Shown: positions 18,152-27,449 of the stretch, piece after piece
Position numbering within the stretch: the stretch's first letter is position 1
How the letters are laid out: each line of letters begins with the position of its first letter
Assembly: GCA_002762985.1 (NCBI GenBank)
Contig: PCXZ01000030.1
Coordinates: 80,399-144,398, forward strand
Direction of reading: 5' to 3'
DNA length: 64,000 nt
From: Candidatus Woesearchaeota archaeon CG10_big_fil_rev_8_21_14_0_10_44_13
Lineage (GTDB): Archaea; Nanobdellota; Nanobdellia; Woesearchaeales; UBA12501
Notes under the pieces: model-generated
The model's input: the letters and a program-made list of their open reading frames with translations, nothing else
Told to the model about the DNA's origin: nothing
Databases searched by the model: none
Program-made: the position numbers and the translations under genes

Positions 18152-19498
18152 TCATCTGCTGGATTTTTTTGCCGTGTTTGCCATGAATTCCCTGAATGAA
18201 TCTATGACCCAATCAAGCTGCAGGCCATCTATCCCTGGATAAACGCCTATGAAGAAAGAATTCCTTGCGACAGTGTCAGAATTCCCGAGATTGCCTGAGA
18301 TCCTAATATTCGCGTCTTTATATGCCGGCTGTTTTGCGATATTGCCTGCGAAGATCATGCGTGTCTCTATCATCCTGCCGTTCAGCCATTCAAGCAGTTC
18401 CTGTCTCGAGAAAGGCGCATCCTCCCTGACGGACATCGGGAACGCAAACCACGATACATCCGATCTATCCAATGCCCGCGGCAGGACAAGATGATTGTCA
18501 TACGCCGAAAGCGCTTCGAAGAGCCTTGCGAAATTTTCCTTGCGTTTTTTTATGAATCCAGGCAGTTTTTCAAGCTGTGCAAGGCCCATTGCCGCCTGCA
18601 GATCCAGGGGTTTCATATTGTAGCCAATGTTAGTATAAAGATACCTGTGGTCCCATGGCTGGCCGTCAAGCTTGAACTTGAATCTTGAATTGCATGTGCC
18701 ATTTGGGTTTTTCTCGTCCCACTTGCAATAACAGGCGCGACCCCATGACCTCAGTGAGGATGTTATCTTCGCCAGCTCATCATCGTCTGTTGCAACTGCC
18801 CCCCCTTCCCCCATCGTTATGTGGTGGGCAGGATAAAAGCTGAATGTGCTCATATGGCCAAAGGCACCTGCCTGTTTTATGCCATATCTTGAACCTAATG
18901 CATCACAGCAGTCCTCTATGACAAACAAGCCGTGTTTTTCTGACAAGGCCATTATCTCGTCCATATCATTAGGATTGCCCAGGGTGTGGGGCACGAATAT
19001 TGCCTTTGTTTTCCTTGTGATTGCCTTTTTTGCGGCAGATAAGTCCATATTGCAGGTGTCCACCTCAACATCAACAAGGACAGGGATAAGATTGTTCTGC
19101 AATATGGGGTTGAGTGTCGTCGGGAATGTGACTGCGGGGGTTATCACCTCGTCCCGGGGGTTGAGGTGCCTGCTGAAGCTCCTGGAGCATAATGCTGATA
19201 CTGCCAGCAGGTTTGCTGAAGACCCTGAATTCGCCAGCAGCACATGCTTGACATTGAGGAATCTTGCCAGCTTTGATTCGAATTCATCACCATACCTTCC
19301 CAGGGTCAGCCAGAAATCCAGCAATGAGTCCGCCATCGCATTCATCTCTTTATCATCGAACACCCTTCCGCCGTAATGCACCTTTGATTTTCCAGGGATG
19401 AATCTCTTATCGGCGAATTTAAGGGAATGAAACTCTTTTATCTTTGAGAATATCTCTTTCCTGAGTCTTTTTTCATTCAGATCTTTTTTATCATCCAT
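18152..19498 (-). CDS. rfbH: CDP-6-deoxy-D-xylo-4-hexulose-3-dehydrase family (LPS biosynthesis protein RfbH/DdhC, E1)
   Basis: Aligns along its length to RfbH ('GRVFDD', 'NSGSSANLLA', 'SFYPAHHITMGEGGAV', 'IGVYPG'). It has the His-for-Lys 'AHH' hallmark of E1 in the DegT fold. Confidence 0.8.
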   Translation of the reverse strand: MDDKKDLNEKRLRKEIFSKIKEFHSLKFADKRFIPGKSKVHYGGRVFDDKEMNAMADSLLDFWLTLGRYGDEFESKLARFLNVKHVLLANSGSSANLLAVSALCSRSFSRHLNPRDEVITPAVTFPTTLNPILQNNLIPVLVDVEVDTCNMDLSAAKKAITRKTKAIFVPHTLGNPNDMDEIMALSEKHGLFVIEDCCDALGSRYGIKQAGAFGHMSTFSFYPAHHITMGEGGAVATDDDELAKITSSLRSWGRACYCKWDEKNPNGTCNSRFKFKLDGQPWDHRYLYTNIGYNMKPLDLQAAMGLAQLEKLPGFIKKRKENFARLFEALSAYDNHLVLPRALDRSDVSWFAFPMSVREDAPFSRQELLEWLNGRMIETRMIFAGNIAKQPAYKDANIRISGNLGNSDTVARNSFFIGVYPGIDGLQLDWVIDSFREFMANTAKKSSR

Positions 19499-20469
19499 CT
19501 ATGCAGCTCCTTCTTCTTAAGTTTGGATTCATACCATTCTATCGTCTTCCTAAGCCCCTCATCAAGGCCCGTCTTTGGTGCCCAGCCAAGAAGTTTTCGT
19601 GCCTTTCTGTTGTCGCAATAGAAATGCATGGCTTCCCCTTCACGGTAAGGCAAAGCGCCGATGTGCAATTTGACAGGGTTGCCCATGATCGCAAGTATTC
19701 TCTGGACAACATCTTTTATCTTATATTCTTTCCCATTGCCGATGTTTATTATCTCACCGATGGCTTTTTTTGAGAGTGATGCCTTTATGAAGCCGTCTGC
19801 AATGTCCTCAACATAATTGAATTCCCTGGTCTGTTCGCCCGGCGTAGTATGGATCTCCTTGCCATGCAGAGCGTTTATTATTGTGTTTGGAATGAGCATG
19901 CTGTTCTTCTGGTAAGGGCCATAAGTCAGGAATGGCCTTAATGTCACTATAGGGCAACTGAGCACCTTGTTATACATCCTGCAGAATAATGTTGTAGATG
20001 CCTTCGAAGCAGAGTAAGGGGACACAGGATTCATCTGCTGGTCTTCCTTGAACGGCGCCATGTTATCCCCATATTCCTCGCATGTGCCTGTGTTGATGAA
20101 GCAGTCATAATCCGATTTGTCCAGGGCCTGAAGAAGATTCATTGTGCCCATTATGTTGCTCTGGATGATTTTACTTATATTCTCAAATGTCCTGTCAACG
20201 CTTACATATGCTGCAAGATGAAAAACCTTCTGGGGATTGACTTTCTGCACGATCTTGCTGATTTTGGCCGCATTGGTGAGGTCAGCGACCTTTGTTCTTA
20301 TCCTGTCTTCCACACCTTCAAGATTACCTGTGTCTTTTGTCTGTAGGATCACTGTAACTTTCGCGCCTTCTGCTATAAGCCTCCTGACAAGATGTGAACC
20401 TATGAAACCATTCCCTCCAGTCACAAGAACATCTGTGCCATCAAGATCCATCTCGCACCTTCTATCCAT
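19477..20469 (-). CDS. NAD-dependent sugar epimerase/dehydratase (SDR), candidate CDP-dideoxyhexose synthase/epimerase
   Basis: 'VLVTGGNGFIGSHLV' Rossmann motif and 'YSASK' catalytic YxxxK. It sits between rfbH and rfbG. Confidence 0.6.
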   Translation of the reverse strand: MDRRCEMDLDGTDVLVTGGNGFIGSHLVRRLIAEGAKVTVILQTKDTGNLEGVEDRIRTKVADLTNAAKISKIVQKVNPQKVFHLAAYVSVDRTFENISKIIQSNIMGTMNLLQALDKSDYDCFINTGTCEEYGDNMAPFKEDQQMNPVSPYSASKASTTLFCRMYNKVLSCPIVTLRPFLTYGPYQKNSMLIPNTIINALHGKEIHTTPGEQTREFNYVEDIADGFIKASLSKKAIGEIINIGNGKEYKIKDVVQRILAIMGNPVKLHIGALPYREGEAMHFYCDNRKARKLLGWAPKTGLDEGLRKTIEWYESKLKKKELHRWMIKKI

Positions 20470-20551
20470 CTGATTTATGATTTTATTTTATGGGTTTGAT
20501 TTTATGGTTTTAAGCCCATGATATTAAGATTTTAAATGACGGATGAACAGG

Positions 20552-21565
20552 TCATCGCTTATTAAAATATCTCCTGTACCACTCAAGCGACTTCTTTATG
20601 CCTGATTCTATGCTCTCCCTGTGGGACCAGCCGAGGAGCTGCCTTGCCTTTTTTGATGACAGGAACTGCTCTTTTATCTCGTTCCTGGCTTCATTCAGCA
20701 CATTTGGCCTGAGATTGTTCTTTCCTGATATCTTTATTATCTTCAATACTAAATCATATGCACTTATGGGGTTCTCTGTGCCGAAGTTGAATGCCTGGCC
20801 CTTGATGCCCTGCTTGTCCACGTTCTTCCCCAAGGTCAGATAAGCGCTTACAGCATCGGCTATGAACAGGTAATCGCGTATGAATTTTCCATCGCTGCGT
20901 ATTATGGGATTCTCATCATTCAGGACTGACTTGATTGTCCCGGGCACTATCCTGTTGAAATTCAGATCCCCTCCGCCGTAAAAATTGCCGCACCTTGTAA
21001 CACCCACTGGAAGGCCATATGTCTTATGATATGCTTGTGCAATAAGGTCTGTGCAGCTCTTTGATACGTCGTAAGGATGAGAACCATGGAGAGGTGCCTC
21101 TTCAGTATAAGGCAGTTCCTTATGGTGGCCATAAGCCTTGTCGCTTGAAGCCACGACTATCCTCTTAACGATCTCGTTCCTTCTGCATGCCTCAAGCATG
21201 TTCCATGTCCCTTTTATATTGGAATCAAAAGTGGATATAGGCAGCCTGTTCGCTGTGCCCACTATGGCCTGGGCTCCCAGATGAAATACTGTGTCGACCT
21301 CATATTCATTAAGCGCCCTCTCAAGAAGCCAGTAATCCTCAAGCGAACCATTGACGACTGTGGCTTTCTTTATTGTGCCTGATTCCACAAGGTGCGACCT
21401 TGGCACATTATCCCTGATAAGGCATATTACTTCAGCTCCATCGTCGACAAGCTGCTTTGTCAGCCATGATCCCAGGAATCCTGTTGCGCCTGTGACAAAA
21501 ACCCTTTTCCCGCTCCAGTACGAATCTCCTTTGCTTGTATCGCTTCCGGATGTCTTGTTCTTCAT
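20552..21565 (-). CDS. rfbG: CDP-glucose 4,6-dehydratase
   Basis: 'YWSGKRVFVTGATGFLGSWL' is the classic RfbG N-terminus. The start at 21565 (MKNK...) is ATGA-coupled to the rfbF stop, whereas the longest ORF (to 21643) would overlap rfbF by 82 nt. Confidence 0.8.
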   Translation of the reverse strand: MKNKTSGSDTSKGDSYWSGKRVFVTGATGFLGSWLTKQLVDDGAEVICLIRDNVPRSHLVESGTIKKATVVNGSLEDYWLLERALNEYEVDTVFHLGAQAIVGTANRLPISTFDSNIKGTWNMLEACRRNEIVKRIVVASSDKAYGHHKELPYTEEAPLHGSHPYDVSKSCTDLIAQAYHKTYGLPVGVTRCGNFYGGGDLNFNRIVPGTIKSVLNDENPIIRSDGKFIRDYLFIADAVSAYLTLGKNVDKQGIKGQAFNFGTENPISAYDLVLKIIKISGKNNLRPNVLNEARNEIKEQFLSSKKARQLLGWSHRESIESGIKKSLEWYRRYFNKR

Positions 21566-22383
21566 TTCCACACCTTCCATGGCACATTCCCTTTTTTCCA
21601 TAATCCATTGAGATATTCCATATCCTTGAAAGTGTCCATGCAATACCAGAACCCTTTATGCTCATAGACTGCAAGCTTGTTCTCTTTTGCCAGGGCCATG
21701 AGGGGATCCTGCTCAAGCACGCAATTCTCATCCAGATAGTCGAATATCTTCCTGTTGAATACGAAGAAACCGCCGTTTATGACGCCATCAAGCTGCGGTT
21801 TCTCTTTGAAAGATTTTGCAAAACCTTTATTGTCGACCTCTATCACTCCGAATCTGGAGATTGGGTGGATTGCGGACAATGTTGCGGTCGGCTTCAGGGA
21901 ATTATGGTATGCCATCAGCTTGTTTATGTCTATGTCGGCAACTCCGTCGCCATATGTCACAAGGAACATGTCCCCGTCGATGTATTTCTCTATCTTCTTT
22001 ATCCTTCCGCCCGTGTTCGTCTCAAGGCCGGTATTCACAAATGTTATGTTCCAGTCATCAGTGTTGTTAGAGTGTATTATCTTCTCCTTTTTTGATTTGA
22101 GGTTGAGGGTGAAATCATTCGCTTTCCATTCAAAATTGACAAAATACTCCTTGAGCATATCCCCTTTATATCCAAGGCAGAGTATGAAATCCTTGAAACC
22201 GTAGTGGGAATAGGTCTTCATGATGTGCCATAATATCGGCATGCCCCCTATCTCGACAAGCGGCTTTGGCATGAATTCCGTCTGTTCCCTAAGCCTGGTG
22301 CCCATCCCACCGCATAGTATGACTACCTTAGTGTTCTTCTGGTTCTTTTGACTGTTCTGATTCTTCTGCTCGGCCATTCTCAA
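21562..22383 (-). CDS. rfbF: Glucose-1-phosphate cytidylyltransferase
   Basis: 'VVILCGGMGTRLREQTEFMPKPLVEIGGMPILWHIM' is the RfbF signature. It is 273 aa long. Confidence 0.85.
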   Translation of the reverse strand: MRMAEQKNQNSQKNQKNTKVVILCGGMGTRLREQTEFMPKPLVEIGGMPILWHIMKTYSHYGFKDFILCLGYKGDMLKEYFVNFEWKANDFTLNLKSKKEKIIHSNNTDDWNITFVNTGLETNTGGRIKKIEKYIDGDMFLVTYGDGVADIDINKLMAYHNSLKPTATLSAIHPISRFGVIEVDNKGFAKSFKEKPQLDGVINGGFFVFNRKIFDYLDENCVLEQDPLMALAKENKLAVYEHKGFWYCMDTFKDMEYLNGLWKKGNVPWKVWK

Positions 22384-23072
22384 ACCCCCTTAAGCTTATA
22401 ATGCAGCATATTCTTCAGGAACTCGAATGTAGTGGTCCATCTCACATGAGATTGGCCCCCTTCTCTTTTACGGTATTCGACGGGAAGCTCTTTTACCCCG
22501 TAGTTGTTCCTTTTTGCATTTATCATTATCTCGGCATCCACAAACCAGTCCTTCGACTGAGGATTGATTTTTAGGTAGCATTCTTTCTTCATTATCTTAG
22601 GACAGCCATTTATATCTTTTGAATTTACAGAGAACATCATATAAAAAAGCATATTGTAGAATCTTGACTGGATTTTCCTCATAAGGCTGTAATTTCTTGA
22701 TACCCGTGTGATCTTGCACAAATCACAGTTGCCTTTCTTCAGCTCATCATAAAGCATGACAACTGCTCCTGAGCTAATCTCATTGTCGCCCCACATATAC
22801 CCAACATACTTGCCTTTCGCTGATTTCAGCCCTTGAATCACCCCATTGCCATACCCAATGTTCTTTTTGATGGTGACTATCCTCATTCTCTTCCCTTCAG
22901 AGTTCCTGATTGCTTCCAATATCTGCGGCGTCCGGTCATTAGAGCCATTATTGACTGCAATTATCTCGTAATCAACAGATGCATCTTTTAGGCTAGCTGA
23001 TAGGTCAGAAACAACTTTTCCCGCATTCTCCTGTTCATTATAAAAAAGCGCAACTATTGATAATTCAGGCAT
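22380..23072 (-). CDS. GT2 glycosyltransferase (DPM1-like)
   Basis: 'LSIVALFYNEQEN' and 'IAVNNGSNDRT'. The start is coupled to rfbF by a 4-nt overlap. Confidence 0.7.
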   Translation of the reverse strand: MPELSIVALFYNEQENAGKVVSDLSASLKDASVDYEIIAVNNGSNDRTPQILEAIRNSEGKRMRIVTIKKNIGYGNGVIQGLKSAKGKYVGYMWGDNEISSGAVVMLYDELKKGNCDLCKITRVSRNYSLMRKIQSRFYNMLFYMMFSVNSKDINGCPKIMKKECYLKINPQSKDWFVDAEIMINAKRNNYGVKELPVEYRKREGGQSHVRWTTTFEFLKNMLHYKLKGV

Positions 23073-23208
23073 TTTTACCCCCTTTGTCCCATAAAGTTAA
23101 GCCTGTATCTTTTTAAATATTGCTTTTTTATATGTGGTTAAAGGCTGTTAAGAAGCGCTAAAATGCAGGATAAGGCAAAGGTTTTATTGGCTTAAGATGG
23201 ATGTGAAA

Positions 23209-24321
23209 TCAAGAATACTTAAAGAAACCCTGCCCTGATTTCCTTCCCAGCTTCCCTTCCTTGACCATCTTCACCATTATCCCTGCAGGAAGATATTTCC
23301 TGTCATTAGTCTTATTGCGGATATTGTTCATTATCTCGAGCACCACATCCAGGCCTATGAGGTCCATGAGGGCCAGCGGCCCCATTGGGTGATTCAAGCC
23401 GAGCTTTACTGCCTTGTCTATATCCTCTTTTGAAGCAACGCCTTCGCCATATATATGGGCAGCCTCATTCAGATAAGGCACCATTATCCTGTTGACTATG
23501 AAACAAGGGGAATCTTTTGTTATGACTGGTGATTTACCGAGCGTTTCTGCAAATTCCACTGCAAAATTCAGTGTTTTTTCGGATGTATTCTTCCCTTTGA
23601 CAACCTCTACAAGGGCCATCCTCGGCACAGGGTTGAAGAAGTGTATGCCCAGAAACCTTGACGGATCCTTTAAGTTCTCGCCAAGCTCATCAACTGAAAG
23701 GGAAGAGGTGTTTGTGGCTATCACTGCGTTTTTTTTGCATATCTTGTCGAGCTTCCTGAAGTATTCATCCTTTGTCTTCTTGTCTTCAACGACTGACTCT
23801 ATCACAAGATCTACATCCCCCAGGTCTTCTATTCTTGCAGAAGGCCTATACCTGCCCATGGCCTCATTTTTATCCTTTTCAGCCATGAATTTCGCCATGA
23901 ACCTGCTTATCTCTTCACCTGCCTTTTTCAGCCTGTCCTCTGTCCTGCTTATGAGACGGACTTCCATGCCGTGCATAAGCGCAACTTCGGCTATGCCCAA
24001 TCCTGTGACTCCTGTGCCAACAATACCCATCTTAAGGCCATGCAGTGAGCCTTTGTCTTTGCCTTTTCCTGCTGGTTCCAAGGTATGCCCTACATCATAC
24101 CTTACGCCTGATTTGATTATGCCAAGATTGCCCTGATCATCCTCCACAAGGACATCAAAATAAGGCACTTGCTTATGGTCAGAAGAAGGAACAAGAACTT
24201 CAGTGAATGCCTTGACTTTGAGCTTACTGTCCTTTTTCTCAGAGACCTCTGATCTGCAGAATATGCATCTCTTCACGTCATAATAATACACTTTTCCGCA
24301 TTTTTTACAGACGAATACCAT
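23209..24321 (-). CDS. Fusion protein: DUF35 (Zn-ribbon + OB-fold thiolase-associated scaffold) fused to 3-hydroxyacyl-CoA (3-hydroxybutyryl-CoA) dehydrogenase
   Basis: The N-terminus has CKKCG...CIFC (a rubredoxin-like ribbon) followed by an OB-like β-rich segment of ~90 aa. The C-terminus has a 'GIVGTGVTGLGIA' NAD-binding motif and an HBD catalytic region ('ATNTSSLSV', 'HFFNPVP'). Confidence 0.65.
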   Translation of the reverse strand: MVFVCKKCGKVYYYDVKRCIFCRSEVSEKKDSKLKVKAFTEVLVPSSDHKQVPYFDVLVEDDQGNLGIIKSGVRYDVGHTLEPAGKGKDKGSLHGLKMGIVGTGVTGLGIAEVALMHGMEVRLISRTEDRLKKAGEEISRFMAKFMAEKDKNEAMGRYRPSARIEDLGDVDLVIESVVEDKKTKDEYFRKLDKICKKNAVIATNTSSLSVDELGENLKDPSRFLGIHFFNPVPRMALVEVVKGKNTSEKTLNFAVEFAETLGKSPVITKDSPCFIVNRIMVPYLNEAAHIYGEGVASKEDIDKAVKLGLNHPMGPLALMDLIGLDVVLEIMNNIRNKTNDRKYLPAGIMVKMVKEGKLGRKSGQGFFKYS

Positions 24322-24357
24322 TTTATTTTCAGATCATGTCTTCAATCATGTTCCAGA

Positions 24358-25494
24358 TCAATCTTCTTTCTTGAGTATGTGTATGACACATGTCCCTCCG
24401 ACCCCGCCTATGTTCTGCGCAAGCCCGATATTTGCACCTTTGACCTGCCTTTTTCCTGCTTCGCCCCTTAGCTGTGCCACAATCTCGCAGATCTGGGAAG
24501 CGCCAGTTGCGCCTATAGGATGCCCGTTAGCCTTCAATCCGCCGCCAGTGCCTATTGGTATTCTGCCATCGAGCTTTGTCTCCCCTTTCCTTACGAGATC
24601 CTTGCTCTCCCCGGGCTTGCAGAATCCCAAATCCTCCATCGCGACAAGCTCTGATATTGTGAAGCAGTCATGGACCTCGGCTATATCCACATCTTTTGCG
24701 GATATGCCTGCTTCCTTATAGGCCTCTGCTGCTGCAAGCCTTGTCGCCTTGAATGAGGTTATGTCCTTTCTCTGTGCAAGTGATATTGTGTCTGTTTTCA
24801 GGCTGGAAGCCAGGATCTTTATGTCCCTCTTTGATCTCTTTTCCCTTGACACGACAAGAGCAGCAGCTCCGTCACTTATTGGGCTGCAGTCAAAAAGCCT
24901 TAAAGGCGTGCAGACGATTGGTGATCTCTTTATCATATCAAGATCAACTTTTTTGTGGTAGAAATGCGCTTTCTCGTTGAGGTTTGCGTTCTCATGGGAT
25001 TTTAGGGCAACAAGCGCAAGATCATCAGCAGTCGTGCCATATTCTTCCATATGTTTCTTGGCTACGAGGGCGTATGCTGCAGGGAATATTAGGCCGTTGT
25101 TCTGGTCCATGCAACAGTCGCCGGCAGCGCATATGCCTTTTGTGAGCAATGAATTATCGATCCCATTCATCTTCTCTACCCCAAGGACAAGCACATTCTT
25201 GTATCTGCTTAGGGAGATTATCGCCTGATGCAGGGCTGCTCCACTCGATGAGCATGCAGTCTCGATCCTTATTATTGGGATATTAAGGCCAGGAAGAAGG
25301 CTTGATATGAGCGAGTTCATGTGAAGCTGGTTCTGCAAAATGCCGCCCAAGAAGTTCCCAACATATATCGCGTCTATCTCAGTTATGGGTATTCCGCTGT
25401 CTTCTATCGCATCGTACATTGCTTCATAAGCCAGCTCTGGCAGCCCTTTGTCCAGAACGCCGAATTTTGTCTTCCCGATCCCGCTTATATACAT
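24358..25494 (-). CDS. Thiolase (acetyl-CoA C-acetyltransferase, archaeal/SCP-x type)
   Basis: Thiolase-fold condensing enzyme. 'CSSSGAAL' around the active Cys, a C-terminal 'GHPIGATG' and 'GGVGG' are present. The ORF track start is 25515, but the ATG at 25494 (MYISGIGKTKFG) matches family N-termini. Confidence 0.7.
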   Translation of the reverse strand: MYISGIGKTKFGVLDKGLPELAYEAMYDAIEDSGIPITEIDAIYVGNFLGGILQNQLHMNSLISSLLPGLNIPIIRIETACSSSGAALHQAIISLSRYKNVLVLGVEKMNGIDNSLLTKGICAAGDCCMDQNNGLIFPAAYALVAKKHMEEYGTTADDLALVALKSHENANLNEKAHFYHKKVDLDMIKRSPIVCTPLRLFDCSPISDGAAALVVSREKRSKRDIKILASSLKTDTISLAQRKDITSFKATRLAAAEAYKEAGISAKDVDIAEVHDCFTISELVAMEDLGFCKPGESKDLVRKGETKLDGRIPIGTGGGLKANGHPIGATGASQICEIVAQLRGEAGKRQVKGANIGLAQNIGGVGGTCVIHILKKED

Positions 25495-25590
25495 TAAAAT
25501 ACACCTTATGATCATTCTATAATCATTCTATTATTCTTTCTTGCCCTTAATTATAAAAAGTTTTTGCATTGCCGGATTGATTGCAGGATT

Positions 25591-26679
25591 TCAGATCGTG
25601 AAATCAGAATCTCCTGCGGTCACGAACCAATTATCCGGATTTTTGAAAAAACGGATGTCCGGAAGATTTTTGGTGTCATCTATCTTCACTATGAACCTCT
25701 GGCCCATCGTCCTGGAATAGATGAACCCGTTCTTGCTGAACATCTTCCTATGCTGCCTCTTCATACCATAAGCCTGTATGGCGTCACAGCCCTCTTCAAT
25801 AAAATAGTCGTTTATTTTCCATATTAGGGCCTGCATTGTGCCAATGTCATGAGGGCTTGCTACAAACTCCACTACCCTGCCCCAGTTGAAATTCTCGCTT
25901 GATATCTTTGTAATGACGACATATCCATTTATCCTGCCTTTTTTGTCTGCAGCAGCGAATATCCTGAACCCCCTTGTGGGGTTTTTTGTGTATTTCCAGT
26001 CCAGATACTCCTTATCCCTCACTGCAGCAATACCCAAATCATCTGAGACTTCATCCCAGAACACATCGAATCTGCTGTCAAAATTTTTTAATTCATCGAT
26101 CGTGTGATCTGCAAGGTATCTGCCTGGCTTCTTTGCGCTGAAAAACATGGCAAGAATGAGCCCGAGAGGCCTGGAAAGCAGATAGGATAATCTTCCTTTT
26201 TTCATCTTCAGCGAGTATGACAGAAATTTCTCTGGATTGATTATCCTTATCATGGCCTTAGCCATATCCAGATTGGACCATCCCATGCTGCTTTCTATTC
26301 CATAAGCCACGTCCCCGACACCCAATGCAAGGCAGATATTGGCCTCTTCTTTCCATCTCTTCACCATTTCCTTCCCTATACCTTTGCCCCTGTGGCCAGG
26401 ATGGGCCATAAGGCCCCCGCCCCACGCAATCATCACATTCTTGTCGCCCATCTTAATCATGCCCGGATTTAAGTTTATATACCCGATGATCTTGCCTTTA
26501 TTTTCAACAACCCAGCTATCCAGCTTATGGTCCCTCAAGACAGGATTCTCCCTGGAGTACCAATGCCAGTTCTTTTTGAATTTTTCAGCTGTTTTGCTGC
26601 CAAAAACCAGCCTGCATAGGCTTATCACTCCTGCTAGATCAGATTCCCTGAAAGTCCGGGTCTTGTAATCCTTGTCCAT
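25591..26679 (-). CDS. Two-domain GNAT-fold acyltransferase (FemAB/CelD-like, Acetyltransf_6-type)
   Basis: 362 aa. 'MIAWGGGLMAHPGHRGKGIGKEMVKRW' is a GNAT acyl-CoA-binding motif, and a second GNAT-like half follows. It lies directly downstream of the thiolase/HBD pair. Confidence 0.5.
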   Translation of the reverse strand: MDKDYKTRTFRESDLAGVISLCRLVFGSKTAEKFKKNWHWYSRENPVLRDHKLDSWVVENKGKIIGYINLNPGMIKMGDKNVMIAWGGGLMAHPGHRGKGIGKEMVKRWKEEANICLALGVGDVAYGIESSMGWSNLDMAKAMIRIINPEKFLSYSLKMKKGRLSYLLSRPLGLILAMFFSAKKPGRYLADHTIDELKNFDSRFDVFWDEVSDDLGIAAVRDKEYLDWKYTKNPTRGFRIFAAADKKGRINGYVVITKISSENFNWGRVVEFVASPHDIGTMQALIWKINDYFIEEGCDAIQAYGMKRQHRKMFSKNGFIYSRTMGQRFIVKIDDTKNLPDIRFFKNPDNWFVTAGDSDFTI

Positions 26680-26853
26680 TTGGCTCCCTGCGGCCCATTA
26701 TGGCCAGTTGCACCTCCTATTGGATGAAGGGTATAAATAGTTTGTCAGCCGATTCCTGATTGGTTTTCATGCCTTCTTATCATGAGGAAAATATGAAAAA
26801 ATTTATATATACTCTTAAAAAGGCATTAATAAGCCAAATCAGGGGGGTGTAAT

Positions 26854-27393
26854 TTGATAAACATGTTATTGATGACTTGGAAAGTCGTAAGCAGAAATGT
26901 AAAAAGGATGTACCTGTACTTCTTCGGCACATGGGCTGTCCATTGCGAAGTCATCTATGATGATGGGGTGTGGGCAAAGATAAAAAGTCTCTGCAAAACA
27001 AGGAAGCTGATATGGTATTGCATAACACCTGTCAATTACGACCTTATGAGTGCTTCGGGGAACCTGAGAATGGGCAGGGAAGCGTATTCAAGGCTCCTTA
27101 AGAGGAGATACAAGGAAATTGAGGCCATGGGCCAGGAGATCCAATTGCATGTCCACCTTTCCATACTCAAGAACATGGGCAGAGGGCAGCAGATGAAGAT
27201 GATAAGAGATAGCAGGGAATGGATGCTGCAGAATGGTTTTAAGGTCACGAAATTCGTGCCAGGATGGTGGAATTATGACAATGACACCCTGGAAATACTG
27301 GAAGAGCTTGGCCTGAAGATGGTAGGCAAGGACAGGTATTATGAGATACATGATTACGAGCTCGGGGCATTGAATAAGCACCTTGGTGTCTGA
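26854..27393 (+). CDS. Polysaccharide deacetylase-like (CE4/NodB-fold) protein, short form
   Basis: 'VIYDDG' resembles NodB motif 1 (TFDDG) and 'LHVHLS' resembles the His motif. The call is tentative. Confidence 0.3.
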   Translation: MINMLLMTWKVVSRNVKRMYLYFFGTWAVHCEVIYDDGVWAKIKSLCKTRKLIWYCITPVNYDLMSASGNLRMGREAYSRLLKRRYKEIEAMGQEIQLHVHLSILKNMGRGQQMKMIRDSREWMLQNGFKVTKFVPGWWNYDNDTLEILEELGLKMVGKDRYYEIHDYELGALNKHLGV

Positions 27394-27449
27394 GGAAATT
27401 TTAAAGATTGTTTGAATGAATTTTAAGAGGCCGGTGAGGGAAAAGAATT

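Noticed and set aside
20552-21643. Long form of rfbG overlapping rfbF by 82 nt
   Set aside because: An internal ATG at 21565 gives the standard short RfbG N-terminus and a 4-nt ATGA coupling to rfbF. The long form adds a non-conserved extension.
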